This document shows positions 9,522 through 19,964 of a DNA stretch of 64,000 nucleotides, piece after piece. The notes under the pieces were generated by a model. That model made no database searches, was not told the origin of the DNA, and saw only the letters and a program-made list of their open reading frames with translations. Origin of the DNA: Myxococcota bacterium (GTDB lineage: Bacteria; Myxococcota; UBA4151); NCBI GenBank assembly GCA_040260805.1, contig JBDQPD010000002.1, forward strand, positions 8,668 to 72,667, written 5' to 3'. The position numbers and the translations under genes were made by a program. Position 1 is the stretch's first letter, and each line of letters starts with the position of its first letter.

Positions 9522-11185
9522 TCGCCGAGTTGAGCATTCAAAATCTTGTGCTCGCTGATCAGATCCGCATTCAACTTCAACCCGGACTGGTGGCGCTGAC
9601 TGGTGAAACAGGCGCAGGAAAAAGTTTGATCGGTCAAGCGCTTCACCTCGCCGCCGGAGGGCGCGCTAAAAGCGGCTTGATTCGGCGCGGTGAAGACGAA
9701 GCGCGAATTGATCTCGTGCTCCAGTTCGAAGGCAGCGCTCAGCGTTCGATCGACCGAGACCTGAAGGCGCTCGGACTTCCGCAAAGCGAAGACGGACGCA
9801 TCGTCGTTCGTCGGGTCCTCAAGGCATCGGGCGGCACACGGTCTTGGATCGGTGGCTCAGCGGTCAGCCTACGCAGTCTTCAAACGCTCTGGAAAAATCG
9901 GCTCATGAGGATCGATCAAGGGGCAGCGACGACGCTCAACTCGACCACAGGTCGCTTAGCCCTTTTGGATCGTGCACTGCCTCGCACGGCGCCGGTCGAA
10001 GCGATGAAACAAGCCGCTGAACAATGGCACGCTGCTCAAGCTGAACTCGAGCGGCTGACCGACCAACTCGAGAGCCAGCGTGATCAGCGAGAGATGATTC
10101 GCCACTGGGTCGATGAGTTGATCGAGTTTGCGCCGGCCGACAGCGAATATGACGAGTTGCTCGACACCCGACGGCTGGTGCGAAGCCAACGTCAACAGCG
10201 AGCGGCTTTGCAGCGAGCAGAGACGGTGATCGGCAGTGACAAGGGGATCTTGTCGTCTTTAGGTGAGATGCGACGGATCGCAGCGACGGCTGTTGATGCC
10301 GAGCCCCTGTATGAGCTGGTCGCTCAGGCGGACCATGCGGTGGATAGCTACCTTAGACAACTCCAAGAGCAATCGACCGATCTGGTCAAAGTCGACGAAG
10401 ACGCGCTGCAAGAGCGCCTGTTTCGCTGGCGCGATTTGGCGCGCAAGCACCGCTGCAGTGAACCTGAGTTAACCGAACGCTTCCGCGAGCTGACGGCGCA
10501 ACTCGAGCAGCTTGATGCGCCTGAAGAGGTTCTCGCCGAGGCTAGTCAGCGAGCCAGCCAGGCTCGCCTTAACGCTGAAACAGTCGCCCAAAAATTGAGT
10601 GACCAACGACTGAAGGCGGCGAAGCGAGTTGAAACCTCGCTCACGGAGTTGCTGCCAGGCTTAGGTTTCCAGGGCGCCAAAATGAAGCTGTCGCTGAGTA
10701 GGAAACCCCAACTCAATGCATCGGGCTGGGATCAACTCGACCTGCTCTTTCAGGCCAATCCGGGCGAAGGGTTCACGCCGGTTCAAGACGGTGCGTCTGG
10801 GGGCGAAAAGGCTCGCTTGTTGCTGGCTTTGGATTGCTCACTGCCGCGCACCGACAGCCTGAGCACCGTATTTTATGACGAAGTGGATGCAGGTATGGGC
10901 GGAGCAGCCGCAGCGGCGGTCGCCCGTTTACTCGCGAATCAAAGCCGAGCGGTTCAGGTCTTGGTTATCACCCATCAAGCGGCGGTCGCTGCAGCCGCCG
11001 ATCAACACCTCGCGGTGCATAAAGCGACGAAAAAAGGCAGGACGCTGCTTTCCACGCATACGCTCAACCCTTCAGAGCGAGAACATGAGCTTGCGCGCAT
11101 GACCAGCGGTCACGTCGCGCCAGAAGCTGCCAAAGCGGTGGCTCGTGCGCTGATCGATGAGGGCGGCGCCCATGCGACTGTTTGA
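9518..11185 (+). CDS. recN: DNA repair protein RecN
   Basis: TGETGAGKS Walker A, coiled coils, ASGGE signature, YDEVDAGMGG, ITHQ. Confidence 0.93.
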   Translation: MIAELSIQNLVLADQIRIQLQPGLVALTGETGAGKSLIGQALHLAAGGRAKSGLIRRGEDEARIDLVLQFEGSAQRSIDRDLKALGLPQSEDGRIVVRRVLKASGGTRSWIGGSAVSLRSLQTLWKNRLMRIDQGAATTLNSTTGRLALLDRALPRTAPVEAMKQAAEQWHAAQAELERLTDQLESQRDQREMIRHWVDELIEFAPADSEYDELLDTRRLVRSQRQQRAALQRAETVIGSDKGILSSLGEMRRIAATAVDAEPLYELVAQADHAVDSYLRQLQEQSTDLVKVDEDALQERLFRWRDLARKHRCSEPELTERFRELTAQLEQLDAPEEVLAEASQRASQARLNAETVAQKLSDQRLKAAKRVETSLTELLPGLGFQGAKMKLSLSRKPQLNASGWDQLDLLFQANPGEGFTPVQDGASGGEKARLLLALDCSLPRTDSLSTVFYDEVDAGMGGAAAAAVARLLANQSRAVQVLVITHQAAVAAAADQHLAVHKATKKGRTLLSTHTLNPSEREHELARMTSGHVAPEAAKAVARALIDEGGAHATV

Positions 11186-12356
11186 GGCTCACCTCGACGA
11201 TCGGCATCAACCGCTTGCAGAGCGGTTACGGCCGCGCACCGCGCAGGACGTTATCGGACAATCGCACCTGCTCGAACCTGGGGGGTTGTTAGCTCGCTTA
11301 CTCGCCGCAGAAGAGCTCCCGTCGATGATTTTATGGGGTCCTCCAGGGGTCGGCAAAACCACCTTAGCTCGACTTCTTGCGACCAACGCCCGAGCCGCAT
11401 TTGAAGCCCTATCGGCAGTTCAAGCCGGGATTTCAGATCTCAAGGTCTTGCTGGAACGAGCGAGCGAGCGGTTAAATTTCCACAACCAAACGACGGTCTT
11501 ATTTCTCGATGAGATTCATCGCTTTAATAAAACCCAACAAGACTTCCTCTTGCCTCATGTCGAATCCGGTCGCCTGGTGTTGCTCGGCGCAACCACTGAG
11601 AATCCTGGCTTTGCGGTCATCCCTGCCTTGCGCTCGCGGTGCATCAGCGTCGCCCTTCAAGGATTGGATGAGGACGATTTAAAAAGCGTCATCTCGCGCG
11701 GTCTGGACTGCCTAAAAGCGCAGGCAGAAGAACCCGCTATCGAGTTACTCGTTCGCTGGTCTCAAGGAGACGCTCGGCGGAGTCTCAACCTTCTAGAGTG
11801 GTCCCACAAGCTCGCTCATGGCGAGGTCATTACTGCTGAGCTCGTAGCGACCGCGGCGGACCGACCGGCCGTACTCGCCGATCGCAACGGCGACCATCAC
11901 TACGATACGATGTCGGCGCTGATCAAAAGCATGCGCGCTTCCGATGCAAACGCCGCGCTCCACTATCTGGCTCGAATGCTTGAGGCCGGCGAGGACATCA
12001 CTTTTATCGCGAGAAGGTTGGTCATCTTCGCCTCTGAAGACATCGGCAACGCCGCGCCCATGGCTTTGGTTGTGAGCCAGTCAGCAGCCGATGCGGTTCG
12101 CTTTATTGGTCTGCCGGAAGCCGCGTTGACGCTCAGTCAGGCGGTCACATTTTTAGCTGACGCCCCTAAATCCAGAGCCTGCACTGAGGCGATCCGCGCC
12201 GCTCGAGCTGACCTTCAAGATGGAGCTTGGCCAGAGATTCCTGCGCGCTTACTGAATCGAAAGCGACCCCACGACGTTAGTATGGGGCAACAAGAGTCTG
12301 GTCCGCTCTTGCCTAAGGCGCTAGCAGACCGGTGTTACTATCCCAAAAGAGAGTAA
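11172..12356 (+). CDS. rarA: Replication-associated recombination protein A (RarA/MgsA)
   Basis: PLAERLRP, GPPGVGKTT, FLDEIHRFNKTQQD, ATTENP, SALIKSMRASD, ASEDIGNA. Confidence 0.93.
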   Translation: MRLFEAHLDDRHQPLAERLRPRTAQDVIGQSHLLEPGGLLARLLAAEELPSMILWGPPGVGKTTLARLLATNARAAFEALSAVQAGISDLKVLLERASERLNFHNQTTVLFLDEIHRFNKTQQDFLLPHVESGRLVLLGATTENPGFAVIPALRSRCISVALQGLDEDDLKSVISRGLDCLKAQAEEPAIELLVRWSQGDARRSLNLLEWSHKLAHGEVITAELVATAADRPAVLADRNGDHHYDTMSALIKSMRASDANAALHYLARMLEAGEDITFIARRLVIFASEDIGNAAPMALVVSQSAADAVRFIGLPEAALTLSQAVTFLADAPKSRACTEAIRAARADLQDGAWPEIPARLLNRKRPHDVSMGQQESGPLLPKALADRCYYPKRE

Positions 12357-12359
12357 GTG

Positions 12360-12536
12360 ATGAGTCAAGAACCCACCGCAGCAGAGCTTGCCATGCTACA
12401 AGGCAATAACGCCGCAGCCGTCAAACAAGCTGGTGAGGATGTACCCCATGAGCTGGTACGAGATCCCATCTACGCGATGATCTATGTCGGCGGTTTAGCG
12501 GTCTATGGGCTTCTTATTGCTGTATTCTTACTCTAA
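12360..12536 (+). CDS. 58-aa small protein with a C-terminal transmembrane helix
   Basis: MSQEPTAAELAMLQGNNAAAVKQAGEDVPHELVRDPIYAMIYVGGLAVYGLLIAVFLL; fills the gap after rarA, and its TAA overlaps the next gene's RBS (TAAGGAG). Confidence 0.65.
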   Translation: MSQEPTAAELAMLQGNNAAAVKQAGEDVPHELVRDPIYAMIYVGGLAVYGLLIAVFLL

Positions 12537-12545
12537 GGAGATGCC

Positions 12546-13514
12546 ATGCTGTGGTTAATGTTGGTTCTCGGGGCGATGTCGCCCTCGAAATCGATTCAAG
12601 GTCTCGCCAAAGACCGGCGAGCAATGAAACAACTGCGCACTTTTCCCGGGATCAAGTCCTGCAATAAATCGTGGGTTTTGCGACGCTCGAACTCCGAGGG
12701 CGATCTTTGCCGGATGGCTTTGCTCGCTTCGACCGCAAAAGATGGTCGCAACGTGCGCAAGAGCTCCAAAAAGTATGAGAACATGACGGTCAAGCGAGCC
12801 AAATACCTGGTCGAAGCCATCGAGCATGCAGAGCGCGCCGCAAAGAAACTGACCAAAGGCAAAGTCGCCAAGCAATGGAAGCTGCTCAAGGCAGCACGCG
12901 CCATCAGCGCGGTGTGTCCGATTATTGATGACCTCAAGCAAGAGGTCGCCATGGCGCCCTTATCGGCGCGCAAAGCTCGAGGTTTATCATCTTCTCTAAA
13001 GCCTGGAGTGACCGCCCGGCAGGCGACCTGCCGATGCATCAGCGCGCTGCGGACAGTGGTCACCCCCCTAAGGTCGAAGAAACCATTTGTGGTCAAAGCG
13101 CGCGATCAGATCAGTATGTCAGGCTGCGTCGCGCAGCGGCTCGAGGTGGCTCGCGCCACTCAATACGTCGCGCCGAAACGTAGCCGCTTCTCGGATGAAG
13201 GGCGCGCTCAGCGTGTCGCGGATAAAAAACGAATCGCAGCGCCAGACCGGCGCGCTGCGGCCATGAACCTGATCGAACGCCATCGCAGTGAGATCAACGC
13301 CTGCGCAGCCGAAGCTCGTAAACTTGGCGGCAACCGAGGCAAGCGCGCTAAGCGTATGTCTCGCTGCATCTGCTCGACGGCTCGCGGTTGGCGCTTTGCG
13401 CCAGGCAAACCGATGACGCTCGAAGAAAGAGCGACCAGTGGAACCCTAGTGCTGCGCCTAAAGACCGGCGCTCGAGGGCGCGTGAAAGCATGCGGAGTGA
13501 TCGTCAAGAAGTGA
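12546..13514 (+). CDS. Hypothetical exported, very basic, Cys-containing protein with possible AgmX/PglI (TonB-C-like) C-terminal domain
   Basis: AGGAG RBS; hydrophobic N-terminus; 'IERHRSEINACA' and 'CICSTARGWRFAP' segments. Confidence 0.65.
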   Translation: MLWLMLVLGAMSPSKSIQGLAKDRRAMKQLRTFPGIKSCNKSWVLRRSNSEGDLCRMALLASTAKDGRNVRKSSKKYENMTVKRAKYLVEAIEHAERAAKKLTKGKVAKQWKLLKAARAISAVCPIIDDLKQEVAMAPLSARKARGLSSSLKPGVTARQATCRCISALRTVVTPLRSKKPFVVKARDQISMSGCVAQRLEVARATQYVAPKRSRFSDEGRAQRVADKKRIAAPDRRAAAMNLIERHRSEINACAAEARKLGGNRGKRAKRMSRCICSTARGWRFAPGKPMTLEERATSGTLVLRLKTGARGRVKACGVIVKK

Positions 13515-15883
13515 GCGATTCGCTCCATCTTAATCGCCTAGACAGTTGGCTGGAACAGCACGCCTGTACACCCTACGGTCGAGAGCTACTTGAGCGAGTC
13601 AAACGAGTTGAAGGGCTTGAGCTTGAGCGGCGCTTCGAGGCAGCTCAGGCGTGGTCAGAAATCCTCGAACGCGAACGCCCACCGATTCTAAGCCTCGATG
13701 ATGATTGCCGACCTGCGCTGTCGCATCTGCAACGCAAAGGCGAGCTTGACGGCGTGCAGCTCAACTCGATTCGAGCGTTGCTTCAGGTGTTATCGGATCT
13801 GCGCCGACTCGAATCCGCAAGCGCGGCAAGCATCAGCGGCTTAACGTCAGCGCTTGGCGAGTACGACGATGCGCTTCAGCGTCTGCATGCCAGCATCGCC
13901 GCCAATGGTGAGCTGCTCGACAGCGCCAGCGCCGAGCTCGGTCCGCTGCGTCACCGGCGCGACGCGGCGCGCAGGCGGCACGCCCAGCTCGCCGACAGTC
14001 TACGCGATGAGCTGCATACAGAGGGCCACTTATCCGACCGCTATGTTACCCAGCGTGAAGACCGGCATGTGCTGCCGATCAAGGCAGCGTCCAAGCGGCA
14101 GTTTGGCGGCGTCATTCACGACGCTAGTCGATCCGGAAAGACCGCGTTCGTCGAGCCCGCTAGCTTGCTCGAAGCGGGCGCAGCGGTTCGACACGCCGAA
14201 GAGGCTGTGACCGCTGAAGAGAAGAGAATCCTCAAGCGCTTATCGCAAATAATTGCCGAGCATGCCGGCGAGCTATCCGACGATCTCAAGGTCCTCGCTA
14301 CCCTCGACTCAGATCGAGCGCGCGGCTGTTTTAGTCGACGCTTTCATGGGGTGATCCCCACGTTTCAGCGGCAACGAATTCGGCTCAAAGCCCTCAAGCC
14401 GCCAGCGCTTCTTTTAGCGGATGTGACGCCGGTGGTGCCGGTCGACCTTGAGCTTGAAGACCCGGCGCGCATCTTGATTATCAGTGGGCCCAACGGGGGG
14501 GGTAAATCCGTGGCGCTGAGCGCCTGCGCTTGGGCTTTCGAACTCGCTCACCAAGGCATACCCATCCCAGCCCAAGAGGTGACGCTCCCGGCGCCACCTT
14601 ACTCGCTCTGCGCAGTGATCGGTGACGCCGCTGACGACCGCCAGGCTCACTCTACATTTTCAGGTCATCTTGGAGCGCTTCAAGGCGCGCTCGAACATCA
14701 TCAGAATCCAAGCTCACTGATTGTGATCGATGAGATCGCAAGCGGCACCGAACCGATGGCGGGCAGCGCCATCGCTTGCGGATTCTTAGAGACCTTCGCC
14801 GAGGGCGAGGCTTTTGTCGTCGCAACCACTCATTACGATCCCGTCAAACAGCTCGGGTTGAGCGATGAGCGCATGCGAACCGCAGCGGTACGAGACCGAC
14901 GTAACCCAGAGGTTGCTTTCCGGCTTTTCGCGGACGAGGTCGGTGGCTCACACCCCATCAAACTAGCGATCGATCTGGGCTTACCGGAACAGGTCATTGA
15001 ACGCGCCCGAAAGCATCTAGACCCGAACCGACGCGCACGCCTCGACGAGCTCAAGCGACAGCAAACCGAAGAAGCCAATCTCGAGCAAATTCGGCGGCAA
15101 CTCGACCTGCAAGAGCGAACCTTAGCGGAGCGACAAGCCGAGCTCGACAACGAACTCCAAAAGCTCGAGCGATCTCGCGAGAAACAGCGGGTTCAAAATG
15201 CCAAAGCTAAAGCAAAAATCGACACCTTGCGCGGCGAGCGACTCGCTCAAATTGATGCCTTGCGTGAAGAGTTGAGTGAGACCGTCAAAAAGCTACGCGC
15301 AGACCAAGGTTCGCAAGCAGCTAAAGATGGCGACCGGCTCTTTGCCGACGTCAAAGCCCTGCGCAATGAGGCGCAGGCCTTAAGTCTAGACGATGAATCA
15401 CCGACCTTAGACGACTCGATTGAGGTTGGTGATTCGGTTCGTTTATTTTCTGGTGGCAACGTCGGTGTGGTTCAGGAGTTCCGCGGGCGCAGCGCCGTCG
15501 TCTTGGTTGATGGGAAGATGTTCCACTTGCGCAAAGAGCAGCTTCAACGCGTCCAAAAACAAGCACCTAACAAGCCCAAAACCGGCTCGTCGAAATCGAC
15601 CAAAAGCAAGAAAGAAAAAACGATAGCGGTGACGGAGTCAAGCGCCCCAAAACTCGACCTGAGGGGACTCCGAGCGCACGAGGCAGAGGCGCGGATTGAT
15701 CGATTTTTACAACATCTTTGCGATGTCGATTGCGCAGGGCGTATCATTCACGGCATCGGCACAGGGGCGTTGAGAAAAACAACCTTAGACTATCTCAAAA
15801 ATGGGCCCTGGCGCGTCACCTATCGGCAAGGGTTGAGTAGCGAAGGTTCTGATGGCGTGACGGTGGTCACGGTGGAGAGCTAA
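13511..15883 (+). CDS. mutS2: MutS2 family protein with C-terminal Smr domain
   Basis: SGPNGGGKS, STFSGH, DEIASGTEP, TTHY, coiled coil, LDLRG...IIHGIGTGALR; GTG start at 13511 overlaps the upstream stop. Confidence 0.9.
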   Translation: MSDSLHLNRLDSWLEQHACTPYGRELLERVKRVEGLELERRFEAAQAWSEILERERPPILSLDDDCRPALSHLQRKGELDGVQLNSIRALLQVLSDLRRLESASAASISGLTSALGEYDDALQRLHASIAANGELLDSASAELGPLRHRRDAARRRHAQLADSLRDELHTEGHLSDRYVTQREDRHVLPIKAASKRQFGGVIHDASRSGKTAFVEPASLLEAGAAVRHAEEAVTAEEKRILKRLSQIIAEHAGELSDDLKVLATLDSDRARGCFSRRFHGVIPTFQRQRIRLKALKPPALLLADVTPVVPVDLELEDPARILIISGPNGGGKSVALSACAWAFELAHQGIPIPAQEVTLPAPPYSLCAVIGDAADDRQAHSTFSGHLGALQGALEHHQNPSSLIVIDEIASGTEPMAGSAIACGFLETFAEGEAFVVATTHYDPVKQLGLSDERMRTAAVRDRRNPEVAFRLFADEVGGSHPIKLAIDLGLPEQVIERARKHLDPNRRARLDELKRQQTEEANLEQIRRQLDLQERTLAERQAELDNELQKLERSREKQRVQNAKAKAKIDTLRGERLAQIDALREELSETVKKLRADQGSQAAKDGDRLFADVKALRNEAQALSLDDESPTLDDSIEVGDSVRLFSGGNVGVVQEFRGRSAVVLVDGKMFHLRKEQLQRVQKQAPNKPKTGSSKSTKSKKEKTIAVTESSAPKLDLRGLRAHEAEARIDRFLQHLCDVDCAGRIIHGIGTGALRKTTLDYLKNGPWRVTYRQGLSSEGSDGVTVVTVES

Positions 15884-16503
15884 TGCAAACGATTGAAGCC
15901 GGCTTTAAGATGTTTGAGTGGGACTACGAGACCATTCCTGAGCGACAAGCCGTTCGGTCTGTCTTCAACGGCCGCTCGACGACCTATCAAGTCTTTGTCA
16001 TGCGCCTTGAGGGCGAAGGTTTATACCGGTTTGTGATCCTGTGCCCGGTCGAAGCGAAAAGCGATCAGATGCCCTCGCTGAGCGAGTTCTTACACCGAAC
16101 CAATGCCAGTTTACCCTTGGGCGCCTTCGAGCTCGATTACGACCGCGGCGGGGTTCGCTGGATCACGAGCGCCGAGACCAATGGTGACCCCTTACCGCCT
16201 CACTGGATCGGCGGTTCGGTCCAACGAGGGCTCACCAGTTTCGAGACCATCTGGACGGAACTCCTAGCGGTCGCAGAGGGTCGTATGAATGCAGCTGACG
16301 GCGCGCTACGCAGCCAGGTTGCGATGGAGCTTTCGACACTCAATGGTGAACTGCAACCCCAAGGTGTTGAGGTGCGACTCACTCCAATCGACGATCAATC
16401 GGAATTGTGTGTGGAGGTCACGGGAGGCGGATTAGAGCAAGTTCAAACGATGCTCGAATCACTCTTTGGATCCCCTTTACCCTTTGCGCTAAAAAGCGCC
16501 TGA
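15883..16503 (+). CDS. YbjN-like (T3SS-chaperone-fold) protein with C-terminal extension
   Basis: 'EFLHRTN...GAFELDYDRGGVRW' pattern typical of YbjN domains. Confidence 0.65.
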   Translation: MQTIEAGFKMFEWDYETIPERQAVRSVFNGRSTTYQVFVMRLEGEGLYRFVILCPVEAKSDQMPSLSEFLHRTNASLPLGAFELDYDRGGVRWITSAETNGDPLPPHWIGGSVQRGLTSFETIWTELLAVAEGRMNAADGALRSQVAMELSTLNGELQPQGVEVRLTPIDDQSELCVEVTGGGLEQVQTMLESLFGSPLPFALKSA

Positions 16504-16512
16504 GGACCTTTT

Positions 16513-17829
16513 ATGAGAATCTTTTTAGTCGTCGCCTTGATGGGCCTGAGCGCGCAGGCAAAGCCTCTTGATCTTAAGGTCAAAGAAACGACCTTAGACA
16601 ACGGCCTTCAAATCGTCTCGGTGGAGCGCTTTTCTGCCCCCACGGTCAGTGTCCAACTTTGGGTTCGAACCGGCTCGAGAAATGAGCGCCCTGGGATCAC
16701 GGGAATTGCGCATTTATTCGAGCATATGATGTTTAAGGGCTCCAAGAATCTAGGGCCTGAAAAACACGCTCAAGAGGTGATGAAAATTGGCGGTCAGCTG
16801 AACGCCTACACCACCCATGATGCGACCGTTTATTATGAGGATGTTGCGGTGCGAAACTTCGAGGCGATCTTAGCGCTTGAAGCCGAACGGTTTCAGCACT
16901 TGGACTTGTCGAAAGGGATGCTCGAGAGCGAGCGCGAGGTGGTCAAAGAAGAGCGGCGAATGCGCACGGATAACTCGCCATCGGGTAAGTTGATCGAAGC
17001 CTTCTTTGGAGCGGCTTACCAAGTTCATAATTACCGATGGCCCGTCGTGGGGTGGATGAAGGACCTCAACACCATCAACCTCAAGGACTGTCAGGAGTTC
17101 TTCACCACGCACTACAACCCTAAAAATGTGACCGTTATCATCGTGGGTGCGATCGATCACGACCAGGCGTTTACTCGGGTCAAACACCACTTTGGCGGCT
17201 GGAAGGCACAGCCTCGAGAAGCACCTGAAGCACAAACTGAACCTGATCTAAAGCAGCGCCGCGAGGAGGTGGTCCGGTTTGCCACGAACACCCCCTTACT
17301 GTTGGGCGGCTGGAAGGTCCCTGCGGCTAAAGATGCTGACATTGTGCCCCTTAAATTGCTGGGTAAGATTCTAAGCGATGGCGCATCGAGTCGTATGTAT
17401 CGGCAGCTCGTCTACGAAAAAGAGATCGCTCAATACGCTGCTGGGGACGTCCTAACCCAAGTCGACAACAGCCAGTTTTACCTGTGGGCGGCGGCGAGAC
17501 CGAACGTCAACATCGACACCGTTGAAGGCGCGATGCTTGAGGTGGTTGAGCAGGTGAAATCCGGTGGTGTTACCGACCAAGAGCTCAACCGAGCGAAAGC
17601 CCAAGCCGAGTCCGAGTCGGTGGGCAAACTCAAAAAAGCGCACGGTATTGCCAGCTTGCTGGGATGGAGCCTGATGTATCATGGCGATTGGCGTCCGGCC
17701 TTGAGCGAGCTCGATCGGCTGCGAGCTGTCAGCACCGCCGATATCCAGCGGGTGGCGCAAAAGTACCTCTCAAAAGATCGGATTACGGTGGTCAAACTGC
17801 TTCCAGAAGCTCAGGAGGTAACGCCATGA
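16513..17829 (+). CDS. M16 (pitrilysin) zinc peptidase, catalytic subunit
   Basis: Signal peptide; GIAHLFEHMMFKGS (HxxEH); NAYT; EREVVKEE. Confidence 0.93.
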   Translation: MRIFLVVALMGLSAQAKPLDLKVKETTLDNGLQIVSVERFSAPTVSVQLWVRTGSRNERPGITGIAHLFEHMMFKGSKNLGPEKHAQEVMKIGGQLNAYTTHDATVYYEDVAVRNFEAILALEAERFQHLDLSKGMLESEREVVKEERRMRTDNSPSGKLIEAFFGAAYQVHNYRWPVVGWMKDLNTINLKDCQEFFTTHYNPKNVTVIIVGAIDHDQAFTRVKHHFGGWKAQPREAPEAQTEPDLKQRREEVVRFATNTPLLLGGWKVPAAKDADIVPLKLLGKILSDGASSRMYRQLVYEKEIAQYAAGDVLTQVDNSQFYLWAAARPNVNIDTVEGAMLEVVEQVKSGGVTDQELNRAKAQAESESVGKLKKAHGIASLLGWSLMYHGDWRPALSELDRLRAVSTADIQRVAQKYLSKDRITVVKLLPEAQEVTP

Positions 17830-19211
17830 AAAAGCTTCTGCTTGTGCTTGCAGCCTCAGGCTGCGCAACCGCTCCGACGACTTCGAACTCGACGCGTCAA
17901 ACGCTTCGCTATGAGGTGGCTGGTGTCTCAGTAATCCAGGTGGTGGATCAGTCGCTTCCCACGGTTCGTATGACCTATCAGTTCCCTCGCGGCGCGGACG
18001 CGGAGCTTGAGAATGAGATCGGTGCCAGCCGACTCCTAGCGAGCTTGATGACCAAAGGTTCAGCCGGACGTTCGGCGATGGAAATTGCTGGCATGGTCGA
18101 TGCGCTGGGTGGGTCCGTCTCTGGCTCCGCGAGTCGAGACACGCTTCGCTTTACAGCGGGCGGACTCAGCCGTGACCTTGAAGCCCTATCGGACTTGCTC
18201 GCGCAGACGGTGCGGCAGCCAAACTTAGACGCTCAGGAGTTTGAGCGACTTAAAAGGCAGACGCTGGCGGGCATGAAAAGCGGCCGCACACGAGGTCAAA
18301 ACCTCGCTCAAAGCGCGCTGCTCAGGTTGATGTACGCGGGCGACCGGCTCGGCTTGCCGATCGGCGGTAACGAAGCGAGCGTAGCCGCTCTGAACCTTGA
18401 GACCATCAAGGCATTATACACCAAGGCGGTTCACCCAGAAGGTCTGACCATTGGGGTCTTTGGTGATGTATCGAAAGACGCCGTCAGCGCACTGCTCAAG
18501 CGTCAACTTAGCGACTGGAAACCCCAAGCAGCCCCGCTGCGACCAGCCGAGGCGACCTTTGCGCCAAAGGTCAGAATCCACCTCGTCGACAAGCCTGATC
18601 TGACTCAGGTTAACATCCACTTAGGGCACGCCGGGATTCGGCGAAACCGAAGTGATTACGAGGCGATCACCTTGCTCAACTATGCGCTTGGCGGCGGCGG
18701 CTTCTCGAGTCGATTGATGAAACTCATCCGGTCCGAAAAAGGGCTCACCTATGGGATCCGATCGACCTTCTCATCGGGTGAGCGTGCCGGGCCCTTCATG
18801 GTGACGAGCTTTACTCGAGTGGATAAGGTCCGAGAGCTCATTGACCTAAGCTTTCAGGTGATCACTGAGGTGGCGACGCAAGGGATCAGCGAGACCGAGC
18901 TCGCCGACGCAAAAGGTTATTACTTGGGTTCGTATCCGCTCAGCCTTGAGACCGTTGAGGGCGAGGGCGGCAAGCTGCTTCAAGCCAAGCGTTATAACCT
19001 CGGTGATGACTTCATCAATGCCTACGCCAAGCGGCTCGAAGCGGTCGATTTAGGCACGGTTAATACCTTGGCTAAAAAACTTTTACGACCCGATGAGTTG
19101 GTCATTGTTTTAGTCGGCCCGAAAGACAAACTGATCGAAACCATCAAGGACTTAGGTTCTGTCCAAGCCAGTTGGTGGGAAGATGATAAACCTTTGCCGA
19201 TCAATCCTTAA
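17826..19211 (+). CDS. M16 peptidase non-catalytic partner subunit, lipoprotein
   Basis: MKKLLLVLAASGC lipobox; no HxxEH; GGGGFSSRL...RSEKGLTY motif. Confidence 0.88.
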   Translation: MKKLLLVLAASGCATAPTTSNSTRQTLRYEVAGVSVIQVVDQSLPTVRMTYQFPRGADAELENEIGASRLLASLMTKGSAGRSAMEIAGMVDALGGSVSGSASRDTLRFTAGGLSRDLEALSDLLAQTVRQPNLDAQEFERLKRQTLAGMKSGRTRGQNLAQSALLRLMYAGDRLGLPIGGNEASVAALNLETIKALYTKAVHPEGLTIGVFGDVSKDAVSALLKRQLSDWKPQAAPLRPAEATFAPKVRIHLVDKPDLTQVNIHLGHAGIRRNRSDYEAITLLNYALGGGGFSSRLMKLIRSEKGLTYGIRSTFSSGERAGPFMVTSFTRVDKVRELIDLSFQVITEVATQGISETELADAKGYYLGSYPLSLETVEGEGGKLLQAKRYNLGDDFINAYAKRLEAVDLGTVNTLAKKLLRPDELVIVLVGPKDKLIETIKDLGSVQASWWEDDKPLPINP

Positions 19212-19250
19212 CCTCTTGCGCTTGAGTCACTTCCGCACCATCGGTTGGTT

Positions 19251-19964
19251 ATGAATATCGACGTCACCGTTGTCATTCCCGTCTACAACGAGGAAATTAT
19301 CCTCGAAGAGGCTCTTCTTGAGTTGCTCGAGAACCTGCGCGCCCATCAGAGCAGCTTTGAGGTGATCGTTTCAGCCAACGGCTGCGTCGATGAGACCGAA
19401 GCGATCGCTGAGCGTTTGGCGCAAACCCACAGCGAGCTTCGTCTGCATCGATGCCCAGAGCCCGACTATGGCGAAGCCCTCAAGCAGGGCATTGAGCTCG
19501 CCCGTGGTGACCTCGTCATCTGTGAAGAGATCGATCTATGCGATGATCGTTTTCACCGAACGGCGCTCGCCATGCTCAACGCAGACGCCGAGCTCGCCAT
19601 GGTCGTGGGCTCCAAGGCGCTGCCTGGAGCGAGAGATCGCCGGCCCTACTTTCGACGCTTTGCCACTCGGGTGCTCAACCGCATGCTGCGAACGGCGACC
19701 GGCTGGCGCGGCACCGATACCCACGGCCTCAAAGCGCTACGTCGAGACCTGATGCTGCCGGTGGTCGAACGTTGTGAGCTTCGGCGAGACCTGTTCGCTT
19801 CTGAGATGGTGATCAGAGCTTTTCATATGGGACAACGCGTCGTTGAGTACCCCATTGAGCTGAGCGAAAAGCGTCCACCGAGCATCGGCTTGATGCGACG
19901 CGTGCCCAAGGTCTTAGGTGATATGGGTAAACTGGCTGTGACCGTTCGTCGCAACAACGACTGA
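19251..19964 (+). CDS. Glycosyltransferase family 2 (Dpm1/dolichyl-phosphate glucosyltransferase-like)
   Basis: VVIPVYNEE, NGCVDET, DxD-like EID, DTHGLK. Confidence 0.85.
   Translation: MNIDVTVVIPVYNEEIILEEALLELLENLRAHQSSFEVIVSANGCVDETEAIAERLAQTHSELRLHRCPEPDYGEALKQGIELARGDLVICEEIDLCDDRFHRTALAMLNADAELAMVVGSKALPGARDRRPYFRRFATRVLNRMLRTATGWRGTDTHGLKALRRDLMLPVVERCELRRDLFASEMVIRAFHMGQRVVEYPIELSEKRPPSIGLMRRVPKVLGDMGKLAVTVRRNND

Noticed and set aside
13388..13510. N-terminal extensions given by the ORF track (mutS2 here; likewise secA, second M16 subunit, sigma-54 regulator, RCC1 protein, ugd, recQ, tal, S26-GNAT)
   Set aside because: They overlap neighbouring genes or lack an RBS; downstream starts fit the family N-termini better.
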